From the IMG/VR virus record IMGVR_UViG_3300028821_000038, positions 32,001-96,000 of that record: a DNA stretch of 64,000 bases; one strand, 5' to 3'. The position numbers and the translations under genes were made by a program. Positions 8,976-18,792 of this stretch are shown here, piece after piece; positions within the stretch are counted from its first letter, which is position 1, and every line of letters starts with the position of its first letter. Source of the DNA: a virus. The notes under the pieces were generated by a model. It worked only from the letters and a program-made list of their open reading frames with translations, ran no database searches and had not been told where the DNA came from.

Positions 8976-11900
8976 ATGATTGATATATTGCAGGATGGAT
9001 CAATAGGTTTTTTTTACGACGGCACTAGGGCTATCAATATATTGCCAGTATTTAACGATATAGAATTGGCATTATCGCAAATAGATACTAGCAATATGTT
9101 GACGAGTGGGCCCTATGGGAAAATGGCCGGCTTTAGAACCTATATGAAACTTCAAGATGGCGATGTAAGTAATGGATACAATAAAAAGACGCTACTTCCG
9201 ACAGACCAAGATTTTTCAATATCGTATTGGGCTAAGCTGACCAATGTAACATCCACTGAGAATGTAGACTTACCATTAATAGGCATTGTTGAGCTGGTGG
9301 ATATTTCAGATTTGGTATCCCAATTGTCGGTTGTTAAAAAAACAGACGGTACATATGTTTTTTATGCTGCTACCAATGATGATAACGATCCAACCTCAAC
9401 AAGTGCGACTTTTGATGCAGAACAATGGAATCACTATTGCTATATTTACGATTCTGACACTAAGAAAATAATTGTCTATCTGAATGGAAATATGGTTGAT
9501 AATTTTGAGTATATATACAAAGATACAGTTCCAATGCACTTGATATTCAATTTTACTGCGGCAACTGCTAATAGCGGAAACAATATTGTTAGTTTCCCGC
9601 GTAACGGAGAGGCGGTAGTAGATTTGAATTTTTCAAATGTGCGTGGCTTTATAAAGAAGTTGTCCGACAGCGAGGTGCTCCAGATATATAGTGAGGATCG
9701 GGAAAAATGTGTGATGTCTGATACAGAAGAGGTGTTGTTCGTTTTTCGGGATAGCGCTACATCTATGCCATTAAAGGGCGGCAAAAATGCAACAGTTACT
9801 CATGACACCACTTGCTCCTTTAAAGACAACTGTCTTATTGATGGTCAGCTCACTGTGTCCATAAACGATCTTTATACTACCCTCCCTTATGCCTATCTGA
9901 GATTTTCGTGTACTGTACCTAGTAGTAAAAAGCGGATAGTGGATGTTAAGAGTTTTAACTTGTTCAAGATAGATGACACCTATGTGTATATATGGCGTGA
10001 AAATTTTTCTACTCCTCACAACAAGGCTGTTGGGGAGTGGGTTGATATAAAATTTTGGTTTGAAAACTGTAGGTTGTTTTATTCTATTGATGGTGTTAAA
10101 TATGCAATAGATAATACAAACGCCTCCTTTATGTCTTTTGGGAGCTACGCTAACAATGCCTCGGATTCTATGTCTGTAACCTTCTATGCAGATGAAAATA
10201 AGATTAGAAACTACTACTATAAATCTGCAGGGGCACAAAGAGAAAAAGGAGAGCAGTGGATAAATATTGAACACTATTATATCAATGTTGCCTATAAAAG
10301 AACAACTGATGGCGTATATCGCTTTTCAAATCTATCCAATATAACAGATGCTTCCAAAACATTAGTGTTTAACACCTGTAATCGGCGAACTGTTGTTGGT
10401 GTTGCAGATGTATTAAATTACACAACAGACGCCGATGAAATGAGTCTTGGATTAACCTTGGTGGATGAAAACAATCTTGATGTTGAATTATACAAAGGAA
10501 CTTTTAAAACATCGTATCGTCGCGTGATAAGCTTTGAAACATGGGAGTATATTGGTCCAGATGGTGGTCCAAATGAATTTAAAATTATAGGCCAATATAA
10601 AGTAGAGTTAGACTCTATAGAATCAACAACAGTTACAATAAATGGAGTTAGTAATGTATCTAAGTGTGTGCCTTTTATAAATGGAATTATGCATACACAG
10701 TCAAAGGATGCTGCCGATGGGTTAACAGCAATTGCATATCTTACCGCAAGTGATACCTTAAGGGTGGTGCGTGGAGCAGGGGCTAATGATAAAACTACAG
10801 TATTTGTAACTGTTGTAGAATTTACAGGCTCCAATTGGACAATTAGGCAAGCCCAGATAGAGTCAGGAGATGATAGTGGAGAGATAACACTTCCAACGAG
10901 TGTAAATGATTGGAATCATGCTTTTATTTATCATCAATTTAAAGCGAATTCAGAAAATCATATCGATGATGCTATCTCGGACACTTCTGCTATATATTAC
11001 CAAGATGATAGCATCATGGATAAAGTGTATTGGGAATTTGATAAGCGACATGTTGATAGCGTAGGTGATTCGAGGCATTACGTATATATAATTGAAAATC
11101 CAGATATAACAGTTTTTAGAGACTCTGGAACGGCAAACACTTATTTGTATCAAGACTACTTTACTAATTTATCACCAAAACCTGCCGCTAATATAACATC
11201 AATGATGATCTCTAAGAGAGCTAGCGGAACTGGCGCTGCATATCCAAGGGGGTGGGCTGGCGCAGCCTATACTGGTAAACATGCAAGAACATGGTGTCTG
11301 CGTAGCGGCAACAAGAATAAAGTTGTTGCCCAACTTGTTCAGTTTGGAATAGATATATATGACACTAGTGATGATACATATATTGGTACGGTTTTATCTG
11401 AAGCAGATATTGATAGCTACTGGCCCTATCAGGGTAATTTTTTCGATTATGGCTCTGCAGAGTTTGCGAATAATTACTCAAACTTATCGGTTCTTGAGTT
11501 TACAGATAAAGGTTCTGATTCGTCTTCTTTTGGGTGCAGAGGGCATTCAAAAGCACTAAAAATAGCTGGAGGCACAGGAGAGTCTATGAGTGCAACAGTC
11601 CAATATATGCTGATGTGCAACTCTCCAGCCTCGAACTTTGGCGCCCATGTGGAGCGAACCATAGGAGGGTGGTTCTCTTTGTCAAAGATACAAGAACTAT
11701 ATTCTGCAATATATAAAGAAGGGGGTAGTGCAAACAATATCGCAATCCTTGTTGGATTTGGTAATACTATAATGGGGCAAGTGGATCAGTCGGTGGGAAC
11801 CACAAAATATGTTCAAGTATATGGAGATAAGCCAATACGACCAAATAGGCCATATCATGTTGCTCTGGTTTATAAAGCGCAGGATGATGTGAAGCTTTAT

Positions 11901-12674
11901 ATTGATGGCAAGCTACAAGAAAGAAGTTGCAATAATCCATATGATACTGATAAACTCCCAAGTCATACGGGCCCTGTGGTCATGGGCATAGATTCCGCGA
12001 TAGACTCCGGCGGCCCAGATGTTCAGTATTATACACCAGAAGCACTATATGTATCAAACTGGTTTAATGCAAACAGAGTGTTAAGTGAAGCTATAATAAG
12101 GGAGGTATTGGTTGAAAGCGGCCTTCCTGCGCTCTATACACTGCCAAGCGATTCATCGCAAGCTTCCATTCAGGGTATGCTTAATAATATAACAGGTGCC
12201 GATTTAGAAGATTATCCGCTTGGTATTCGAATTTATCCCGCAAAATATGAGGATGATTTGTTTTTAGAGGCGGACAATATTGGATTCCACGAAGATATGA
12301 CTTACCACATTCAATGGATGGGGGCGGGGGTTCTTACATGGAAAAACACAAACAACAGCAATGCCTCTATAGCTTCAACTCCAAACAACGGGAGCGTCTT
12401 GTTTTTGAATCCATCTTCGGTTTCAGTCCGTGTTTATGATGCACGAACAGGCAGTGCTATATCTGGTGCTTCGGTATACTTCCCTGAACTAGATAGGTAT
12501 GAGGCGACAGATAGTAATGGCGAAGTATCTTTTGCAGAGTTTTTGAATACCGGTGAAACAATGACTATTAAGATCAGAAAGGCAACAACGCCACCTTATT
12601 ACAAGCCATATAAGATACAATTAGAAATACCAAACGGGGATGTTAATATTACGGCACCCCTAATACCAGACTAA
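8976..12674 (+). CDS. large tail fibre/adhesin with two LamG (concanavalin-like) domains
   Basis: FSISYWAK..WNHYCYIYD..IVYLNG and TIGGWF..YHVALVY..KLYIDGK; C-terminal Ig/transthyretin-like VRVYDARTGSAISGASV. Confidence 0.7.
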   Translation: MIDILQDGSIGFFYDGTRAINILPVFNDIELALSQIDTSNMLTSGPYGKMAGFRTYMKLQDGDVSNGYNKKTLLPTDQDFSISYWAKLTNVTSTENVDLPLIGIVELVDISDLVSQLSVVKKTDGTYVFYAATNDDNDPTSTSATFDAEQWNHYCYIYDSDTKKIIVYLNGNMVDNFEYIYKDTVPMHLIFNFTAATANSGNNIVSFPRNGEAVVDLNFSNVRGFIKKLSDSEVLQIYSEDREKCVMSDTEEVLFVFRDSATSMPLKGGKNATVTHDTTCSFKDNCLIDGQLTVSINDLYTTLPYAYLRFSCTVPSSKKRIVDVKSFNLFKIDDTYVYIWRENFSTPHNKAVGEWVDIKFWFENCRLFYSIDGVKYAIDNTNASFMSFGSYANNASDSMSVTFYADENKIRNYYYKSAGAQREKGEQWINIEHYYINVAYKRTTDGVYRFSNLSNITDASKTLVFNTCNRRTVVGVADVLNYTTDADEMSLGLTLVDENNLDVELYKGTFKTSYRRVISFETWEYIGPDGGPNEFKIIGQYKVELDSIESTTVTINGVSNVSKCVPFINGIMHTQSKDAADGLTAIAYLTASDTLRVVRGAGANDKTTVFVTVVEFTGSNWTIRQAQIESGDDSGEITLPTSVNDWNHAFIYHQFKANSENHIDDAISDTSAIYYQDDSIMDKVYWEFDKRHVDSVGDSRHYVYIIENPDITVFRDSGTANTYLYQDYFTNLSPKPAANITSMMISKRASGTGAAYPRGWAGAAYTGKHARTWCLRSGNKNKVVAQLVQFGIDIYDTSDDTYIGTVLSEADIDSYWPYQGNFFDYGSAEFANNYSNLSVLEFTDKGSDSSSFGCRGHSKALKIAGGTGESMSATVQYMLMCNSPASNFGAHVERTIGGWFSLSKIQELYSAIYKEGGSANNIAILVGFGNTIMGQVDQSVGTTKYVQVYGDKPIRPNRPYHVALVYKAQDDVKLYIDGKLQERSCNNPYDTDKLPSHTGPVVMGIDSAIDSGGPDVQYYTPEALYVSNWFNANRVLSEAIIREVLVESGLPALYTLPSDSSQASIQGMLNNITGADLEDYPLGIRIYPAKYEDDLFLEADNIGFHEDMTYHIQWMGAGVLTWKNTNNSNASIASTPNNGSVLFLNPSSVSVRVYDARTGSAISGASVYFPELDRYEATDSNGEVSFAEFLNTGETMTIKIRKATTPPYYKPYKIQLEIPNGDVNITAPLIPD

Positions 12675-12687
12675 AAAGGATGAAAAG

Positions 12688-12879
12688 ATGGACGCAGCAT
12701 CAAAAAAGAACTTCAATGCAATACAAGAGACAATTAGAAGACAGGCTAGTCGTGCAGATGAGATAGAGAAGAGATTGGCAGCTATGGAGAATCAGCAACA
12801 ACAATGGGAAAACAGATTCAATGGGCTTATGCAGCAAATGCTGTCTATCGCCTCGGCTATTAGAAATGTTAGACAATAA
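12688..12879 (+). CDS. small coiled-coil protein
   Basis: AAGGA RBS; heptad-like 63 aa. Confidence 0.65.
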   Translation: MDAASKKNFNAIQETIRRQASRADEIEKRLAAMENQQQQWENRFNGLMQQMLSIASAIRNVRQ

Positions 12880-12888
12880 GGGGATAAT

Positions 12889-13599
12889 ATGGGAGTAATT
12901 TTACGTAGAGACAAGGGCGCTGCACTTACGCATGAAGAGATGGACGATAATTTTGAGTATCTCGACAAGAATCCCAATGGGAAAACAATGCCATCTAAAA
13001 AAGGCATAGGTGTCACCTTTGATTATGATAATCCTGATTTTGGGTGGCATGACTTGCGATGCGAAATGTTGCTTGAATATGAGGGCGGGGATTCGCCAAC
13101 ACTTGAGCAGTATTATGGGCAAATTATGCAGTTGGCATTTGAAGAGGATGAGAGCATTACTTTTAATGCACACATCCCTCACGATTATCTTCCGGGTAGC
13201 AATATATTTATTTATGTTCACTGGAGCCACAATAGTCAAGTAGTAACCGGTGGTTCAGTTGTGTGGGGGTTTGAAATAAGCTATGCAGAGGGGTATGGTG
13301 TAGCTCAATTTTGCCCAACAAAAACTATAAGCATTCTACAGGAGGTATCCCCGACGGATCCGTATACTCACTTTATTGCAGAGACCTCGGCGTCTATCTC
13401 TGGTGGCTCTGATATGCAATTAGATAGTGATTTTCTTACTGTTGATGGGGTGATTCTAGGGAGACTTTACTTGATAGACAATGCTATTGAGACTAGCGAT
13501 GGAAGTATAGTGAAGCCTTTTGCTCATTCTGTAGACATCCACTACAAAAGCACAGGTATCCCAACGCCAAATAGGAATCCAAATTTTTGGAATAATTAA
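12889..13599 (+). CDS. virion structural protein (tail-fibre-like N-terminus)
   Basis: N-terminal LRRDKGAALTHEEMDDNF resembles phage fibre/appendage attachment segments. Confidence 0.55.
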   Translation: MGVILRRDKGAALTHEEMDDNFEYLDKNPNGKTMPSKKGIGVTFDYDNPDFGWHDLRCEMLLEYEGGDSPTLEQYYGQIMQLAFEEDESITFNAHIPHDYLPGSNIFIYVHWSHNSQVVTGGSVVWGFEISYAEGYGVAQFCPTKTISILQEVSPTDPYTHFIAETSASISGGSDMQLDSDFLTVDGVILGRLYLIDNAIETSDGSIVKPFAHSVDIHYKSTGIPTPNRNPNFWNN

Positions 13600-14207
13600 T
13601 GGAACTATATGTTGAAGATGGTTATGTTAGCACTGGTTATGTCCAGACAGGAATTAGTATTGATTTTGAAAAAAAAATAATATTTGTTCCGAAGTATGAA
13701 ACAGAATTAATACAAGATTTTCCTGTTGAAATAAGAAAGTTGGACTTAGAGTATTTTAGGAAATGTATCATAGCAATACTTGATGACACAGAAGGTATTT
13801 TGTATGATGATGCTATTATGTATCATCCAGCGGTTACAATTGGAGTGGCCACAATTGCTCCAACAATTATAGTTGCTAATGATTATGTTGTAGAATTTGA
13901 AGATGGGAGATATATGGTAGAGCTATATGGAGCAAATACTAATCTACAAGACAAGGCTATTTTTAACTCGGTGAGTATTAGAACAAACAATTCGGCAGGA
14001 CTCATTGATAACCGAAAAGAATTCCAGTACTTAAAAGAATACTTGGAGAAATTTTATAATCTTGAGGCTGGAAACTGGAAGATAGAAAACAATCAAATGA
14101 TTTTTTATAAAATCGACGGAAGTGAGCTGATGAGGTTCAATTTATTTGATAAGAACGGAAATCCCTCAGAAAGTGATGTGTTTGAAAGGAGAAGAGTTCC
14201 ATCATGA
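13599..14207 (+). CDS. putative virion structural protein
   Basis: coupled ORF within the tail block; C-terminal GNWKIENNQMIFY..FNLFDKNG. Confidence 0.55.
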   Translation: MELYVEDGYVSTGYVQTGISIDFEKKIIFVPKYETELIQDFPVEIRKLDLEYFRKCIIAILDDTEGILYDDAIMYHPAVTIGVATIAPTIIVANDYVVEFEDGRYMVELYGANTNLQDKAIFNSVSIRTNNSAGLIDNRKEFQYLKEYLEKFYNLEAGNWKIENNQMIFYKIDGSELMRFNLFDKNGNPSESDVFERRRVPS

Positions 14208-14587
14208 TGATTATCACAAGGGGCTATGGCCCAAGCTCTTCTGGAACACTTAGTGGTACAATTAGCCTTCAAAACAATAGATGGCAACTCATAGCTATAC
14301 CAGTTCAAGAGCAAAATGTGAAAGAATATTTTGTGGATAGACTTGCAGTAAAATATAATCTTGCCCCAAAAGAAATGATAGAGATATGTAATGCATTTTT
14401 TGGAAGTGATAACTTGTTTAGGAGCTATATACCGGGTGTTACAAATCCAAATAGCCCCAATAATTTTCCGCTAGTATACAACGATAACGGAAATTTGGAA
14501 GTAACGGGGTTTTGGGTAAAACTTAAAGATTTGTCGGGAATTGTGCCAGAACCTGACAATATAGTTTTTGATTGGAGCACATCTTGA
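14204..14587 (+). CDS. hypothetical virion protein
   Basis: coupled ORF of 127 aa. Confidence 0.6.
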   Translation: MMIITRGYGPSSSGTLSGTISLQNNRWQLIAIPVQEQNVKEYFVDRLAVKYNLAPKEMIEICNAFFGSDNLFRSYIPGVTNPNSPNNFPLVYNDNGNLEVTGFWVKLKDLSGIVPEPDNIVFDWSTS

Positions 14588-16089
14588 GTGTAAATATAAA
14601 CTATCAAGGGACAGTGTATGGTCCAGACGGAAACCCAATAGACTGTTATTACCAGGCCTTTACATATAACATCTCCAAATGGAGCGATCTTAGACAGACG
14701 GAGTATCAGCAATACAATGTAAATTTTGGAGATGGGGACCTGAATGGGCAAGACGGGACTGTTAAAGAGGGGGACCCTTTAGTAGTTGCGTTTTGGGTTG
14801 GAAGCGAAAATAGGGCCGACGAGCTAGAGCTTTTCTCTGTTGTGGTTTTTGTATATGATGGCACAGATAGCACAGTTCAGGATGTGCAAATATTGCAACC
14901 TCACAACCCGTCCTGTTCTTTTAGTATCCCATCCTCTTCGACGGTAGGGGAGGTTGTGTCTGCAACATCTGGCGCTTCCACAACATATCAATGGACTTTC
15001 TCTGGGAAGGTACACTATCAGAGGGTTACTTGGTATGGACAAACCATATTCGGCTTTCTTGGTATCGATGAGGACTTGTTTGATTTTGGCGATGGGTATA
15101 ACACAGACAGGGAGCACATCTATAGCAATGGCGGTACCTTTGAGGTATGGCACTTTGTAGGGTCAACATATAATGGATATAACGCGGAATGCACAAAAGA
15201 AATCTCAGTATATTTCAGGGAACCAACCGCAACTATATCGTTTTCCAACGATAGCCCGATTTTAGGAGAAGAGGTTACAGTTGAAAACACTATTACTGAC
15301 CCTGATTCTCGTATTAGTGAAATCAGATATTATTTTGACGATCAGCTTATTCATATAGGCACAGAACTAAACTACAACTATGTAATTGAGCTTAATAGCA
15401 TGGATACACACTATGCAAAAATGGTTATCTACTGGAATGATTATTTTGAGGACAGAATCACCACAGTGGAGCGCTCCCTCTTTATGCAAAACCAGGCACC
15501 AACTCTTGAGCTAAGTGTTGACACATCTGAAGAGGAAAATGGGCGAATCATTGTTAATGCCGATGCCCATGATGTGGACGGAGTAATAGACAATATGTGC
15601 TGGAAATTATTCTATCAGGCTGAGCAAAGTGGTTTGCCTCACCCCTATTTTAAGTGTGAAGATGGAAATATTGGCAATTTCAGGGAAATATATCAGGATT
15701 GTGATAGGACAATGTTTAGCTTAGATATGATTTTTGCTATCCCTGGAACATATAAGGTTGAGGTAGAAGCTTTTGATGATATGGGCGCTTCTGTGACCCA
15801 AGAGGTGGAGATAATTGTAAATAATGTTTGCGATGGTGTATTGGGAGAATGTCCAGAATGTCCAGAGCCACCCTCGGATTGTATTCCAATAGAAGAGTGC
15901 CGAGAGGCAATTATGATTGGAGGAGGAAATTCTGGATGCCCAATAATATCAGTTGTAAAACCTGATATAGATGGCACCTTGAACCGCACACCAATAAAAA
16001 CGACAGTCTCATGGGAGATAGATGGCGAGATAGGAAGCGGCATCGTGTCTGGTTCTATACAAGGAAACATCAAAGGGAAAATAAACTAA
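14572..16089 (+). CDS. PKD/Ig-like domain virion protein
   Basis: FDFGDG..HIYSNGGTFEV, NQAPT..DAHDVDG and PGTYKVEVEAFDDMGA are PKD-like motifs; Cys/Pro-rich linker. Confidence 0.65.
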   Translation: MEHILSVNINYQGTVYGPDGNPIDCYYQAFTYNISKWSDLRQTEYQQYNVNFGDGDLNGQDGTVKEGDPLVVAFWVGSENRADELELFSVVVFVYDGTDSTVQDVQILQPHNPSCSFSIPSSSTVGEVVSATSGASTTYQWTFSGKVHYQRVTWYGQTIFGFLGIDEDLFDFGDGYNTDREHIYSNGGTFEVWHFVGSTYNGYNAECTKEISVYFREPTATISFSNDSPILGEEVTVENTITDPDSRISEIRYYFDDQLIHIGTELNYNYVIELNSMDTHYAKMVIYWNDYFEDRITTVERSLFMQNQAPTLELSVDTSEEENGRIIVNADAHDVDGVIDNMCWKLFYQAEQSGLPHPYFKCEDGNIGNFREIYQDCDRTMFSLDMIFAIPGTYKVEVEAFDDMGASVTQEVEIIVNNVCDGVLGECPECPEPPSDCIPIEECREAIMIGGGNSGCPIISVVKPDIDGTLNRTPIKTTVSWEIDGEIGSGIVSGSIQGNIKGKIN

Positions 16090-16128
16090 CCCAATGGTTT
16101 TTATCAATTAACCGACGGGTTCGGTGAT

Positions 16129-16530
16129 TCACCCCGTATTGGAGCTGGTATCAAGAGGAGTGATATAGTGCACTCCGCCTTGCTGTACTTTTACTTTAAA
16201 AGTAGATACCTCATGTACCTCGCCAGTAATGGTGCTTCCTATTTGCACATACGCCATAAGGTATGGAGTGTCTTCGTTTGATATTGGCAGATTTACTGTT
16301 TCTTGTGGAGTTAGATTGATTATTAGAGTTCCGTCTTCAGGATCACCCTTTATTGGTGCCTTTTTGAAAATAAAAGCCTCTTCATCGGGGTCTGATGGTT
16401 TTTTTTTGATTGCAAAGTAGTTGTCATCAAACAGTTCAAGACTAACTGGCTCATCCTCCATGTCCTCGTTTTTAGTTGTAACGCGAACTTCTTTATAGAA
16501 TGTATCCCCAGTTTTTATTTTTTCTGCCAT
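16129..16530 (-). CDS. BppU-N-like beta-sandwich virion protein
   Basis: AGGAG RBS before ATG 16530; KTGDTF..GTLIINLTPQET..YVQI pattern. Confidence 0.5.
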   Translation of the reverse strand: MAEKIKTGDTFYKEVRVTTKNEDMEDEPVSLELFDDNYFAIKKKPSDPDEEAFIFKKAPIKGDPEDGTLIINLTPQETVNLPISNEDTPYLMAYVQIGSTITGEVHEVSTFKVKVQQGGVHYITPLDTSSNTG

Positions 16531-16695
16531 ACTGGAACTCCTGTGTAGTATATATGCTAATTTTATCAAAAAAACTTTTTAATTCAAAAAAACACAAAAG
16601 GCTATTGTATTCTTACATGATACAAACGGATGCCCTAAAAGAGACGGTTAATACGGTGGAGGCCTTCTCTGATGCGCTTTTTCCAATAATTTTAA

Positions 16696-16704
16696 TGGTA
16701 TAAT
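16696..16704 (+). promoter_or_regulatory. extended -10 promoter TGnTATAAT
   Basis: TGGTATAAT upstream of the protease/head operon. Confidence 0.55.
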
Positions 16705-16819
16705 ATGCACAGAGAATGAGAACGATCCACACATGATTGCCGTAGATAGCACCAATGGAACGCTATCTATAGTAAACTGTGAGGTCGGAGATATAATAAG
16801 TTATTTTTAAGGATGTACC

Positions 16820-17494
16820 ATGTTGCATAAGGTTATAGATGCGGAAGCTCACCCCGTACCAGTTAATACTAGTAGGCACTGTTTTGATACTTGTGATTTT
16901 TTGACAAAAGAAGCATCCGCGGAATCTATTCAGTTCTTTAATAATCTGACACCCAAGAAAAACCATATTTATTTGCTGGTTATAGCTATGACGGCTAGTG
17001 AATATTACTCAGCTAATAAAAATGGTGACTATTTTTACGAAAAGGACCTAAAGAGAAACTATAAAGATTTTGAGAAGTGTGGAATATTTTGGAATCACGA
17101 CAATAAAGATCCAAGCAAGAGTGCCGGAACAGTAATCAAATCTTTCTATAATGACAAGATGCACAGGGTAGAACTGGTGTTGGAAATTCCAAAAGAGAAT
17201 GCAAGACACCTGCCAGACGCTATTCAAGAGGGTCGGCCTATTGCCGTCAGTATGGGATTAAAGGTTCCTCAAGAATGGTGCTCTATATGCGGCCATAAGA
17301 CTATGCACTCCTATGCGAATAGATGCGAGCACCTTAAATTTATGATGAATACAATTCTCCATGATGGTAGAAAGGTGTTTGCAATATGTGGAAGTGACTT
17401 TAAGCTGTTTGATATATCTATCGTTATTAGGCCAGCTGACAAAATAGCATATACTATGATGACAAAAACTGCGTCACATAGGGGGTTGGGATGA
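16820..17494 (+). CDS. putative prohead (capsid maturation) protease with Zn-finger insert
   Basis: NKNGDYF, FWNHDNKD (His), VSMG (Ser), CSICG..CEHL, DISIVIRPAD; located upstream of scaffold-like and portal-like genes. Confidence 0.6.
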   Translation: MLHKVIDAEAHPVPVNTSRHCFDTCDFLTKEASAESIQFFNNLTPKKNHIYLLVIAMTASEYYSANKNGDYFYEKDLKRNYKDFEKCGIFWNHDNKDPSKSAGTVIKSFYNDKMHRVELVLEIPKENARHLPDAIQEGRPIAVSMGLKVPQEWCSICGHKTMHSYANRCEHLKFMMNTILHDGRKVFAICGSDFKLFDISIVIRPADKIAYTMMTKTASHRGLG

Positions 17495-17748
17495 CCCATA
17501 AGCAGATAAAATTTGGAAAAACATTAAGACAAAAAATAGACAGCCCACACGACAGAGAGAAGCTCACAAAAAAGTTTGGTGAGCAGGCTTTCTTGATGCC
17601 CCAACAAAGAAAATTCCCCATTATTAATCCAAATACTGGTAAGGTAAGCTGCAAGATGTTAAGGGCTGCCAAGGTTAGGGCAGCTCAACATGGTTATGCT
17701 GATGTGGAAAGGAAGGCCTCGTTAATGTTTAGCAAAAAATGTATATAA
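17491..17748 (+). CDS. small basic head-associated protein
   Basis: AFLMPQQRKFPI..LRAAKVRAAQHGY. Confidence 0.6.
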   Translation: MTHKQIKFGKTLRQKIDSPHDREKLTKKFGEQAFLMPQQRKFPIINPNTGKVSCKMLRAAKVRAAQHGYADVERKASLMFSKKCI

Positions 17749-17757
17749 GGCGAAATA

Positions 17758-17985
17758 ATGTATATTCCAAAAGCATTACTCAAATTTTCCAATACTGGTA
17801 TTGTTCGTTCAAATAATATAATGGATAGGTTTAAGATTTATCTAATTACTGGCAAGGTAACTACCGTTGGTCCAGGATATATGGTAAAAAACCGGTCCGG
17901 AATAGAGGATCTTATAAGAATAGGCGGTATAACAAAAATTGTCAAGGTGACTTCTGATGGCACTGAGGAGACAATATTTCCGTAG
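17758..17985 (+). CDS. hypothetical protein
   Basis: 75 aa ORF with AAGG RBS. Confidence 0.6.
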   Translation: MYIPKALLKFSNTGIVRSNNIMDRFKIYLITGKVTTVGPGYMVKNRSGIEDLIRIGGITKIVKVTSDGTEETIFP

Positions 17986-17989
17986 AATT

Positions 17990-17998
17990 TGATATAAT
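17990..17998 (+). promoter_or_regulatory. extended -10 promoter TGnTATAAT
   Basis: TGATATAAT about 30 nt upstream of the 18028 start. Confidence 0.6.
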
Positions 17999-18027
17999 AT
18001 CCCAGATATAAACATAAGGATGATAAA

Positions 18028-18627
18028 ATGGCTAATGCGAATAGTCCACTGATGGATATACTAAATTCTTTACCAGATGATGAGCTTGATATGATAGAGA
18101 AGAATGCATATGACAGCAATACTGTTGTCACAAATACAGAAAACTCCGAAGTAAAAAGGAGGCTTGGGATAGACCCCGAGAAGGTTGAGAGCGCAGGAGA
18201 TCTTACCAATACAGAAAACTCCGAGGCACGGCGCAAAAACCCAGTAGAAAGAGAACATATTTCAAAAGGACAACTGGGGCTCTCTGTGCTTTCCAATAAT
18301 AAGTTCCAGGAAGATGTTAGGACTCTTTCCAATGTCTCTCCAAACAGAAGCGAATTTGGAAGCACAGAGAATGTTTCAACAGGCCCCAAGAGAGTTGAGC
18401 CAGGAGTAATGTTTGAGAAGAGGGCCGCCGAAGAAGCTATAGAGGCTCTATATGCTATTTCTGGAGTAAATCTCGAAAAAGTTGCCTCATATGATACTGA
18501 AGTAGATACTCTGCTGAAAGTTGCTTCAGAGACGATAGAGTCAGTAAACGATCTTGAAAAGGTTGCAGAAGAGCTGGCGGTCAGAACGGCAGATATCTTT
18601 ATAGAGATTATCAGTGAAGTCATGTAA
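18028..18627 (+). CDS. scaffold-like acidic protein with K-x-A repeats
   Basis: IEKNA, FEKRAA, LEKVAS, LLKVAS, LEKVAE; TNTENSE repeated. Confidence 0.55.
   Translation: MANANSPLMDILNSLPDDELDMIEKNAYDSNTVVTNTENSEVKRRLGIDPEKVESAGDLTNTENSEARRKNPVEREHISKGQLGLSVLSNNKFQEDVRTLSNVSPNRSEFGSTENVSTGPKRVEPGVMFEKRAAEEAIEALYAISGVNLEKVASYDTEVDTLLKVASETIESVNDLEKVAEELAVRTADIFIEIISEVM
18133..18224 (+). repeat. 17-bp intragenic direct repeat AATACAGAAAACTCCGA (18133-18149 and 18208-18224)
   Basis: two exact copies encoding NTENSE. Confidence 0.8.
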
Positions 18628-18636
18628 AGGATTAGC

Positions 18637-18777
18637 ATGTTCGACAAGAATGAGCTACTTAAGGTAGCACAGGAGGTCAGGGAGCAGGGGATAACAACAA
18701 ATGTCCACAAAGAGCTTATGAAGAAGGCGCAACTCATCAAGGTTGCGACTCTTGTGACATATATAAAAAACCATTAA
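18637..18777 (+). CDS. small protein, 46 aa, with K-x-A motifs (not in ORF track)
   Basis: AAGGA RBS; MFDKNELLKVAQEVREQGITTNVHKELMKKAQLIKVATLVTYIKNH*. Confidence 0.7.
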   Translation: MFDKNELLKVAQEVREQGITTNVHKELMKKAQLIKVATLVTYIKNH

Positions 18778-18792
18778 CAAGGGGATGGCGTC

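Noticed and set aside
18133-18224. CRISPR-like repeat
   Set aside because: Only two 17-bp copies, in frame within a CDS; no cas genes
17838-18740. 300-aa minus-strand ORF and other long antisense ORFs (e.g. 8142-8945, 57728-58168)
   Set aside because: They are shadows of well-supported plus-strand genes, Ser/Phe-rich, and without RBS or motifs
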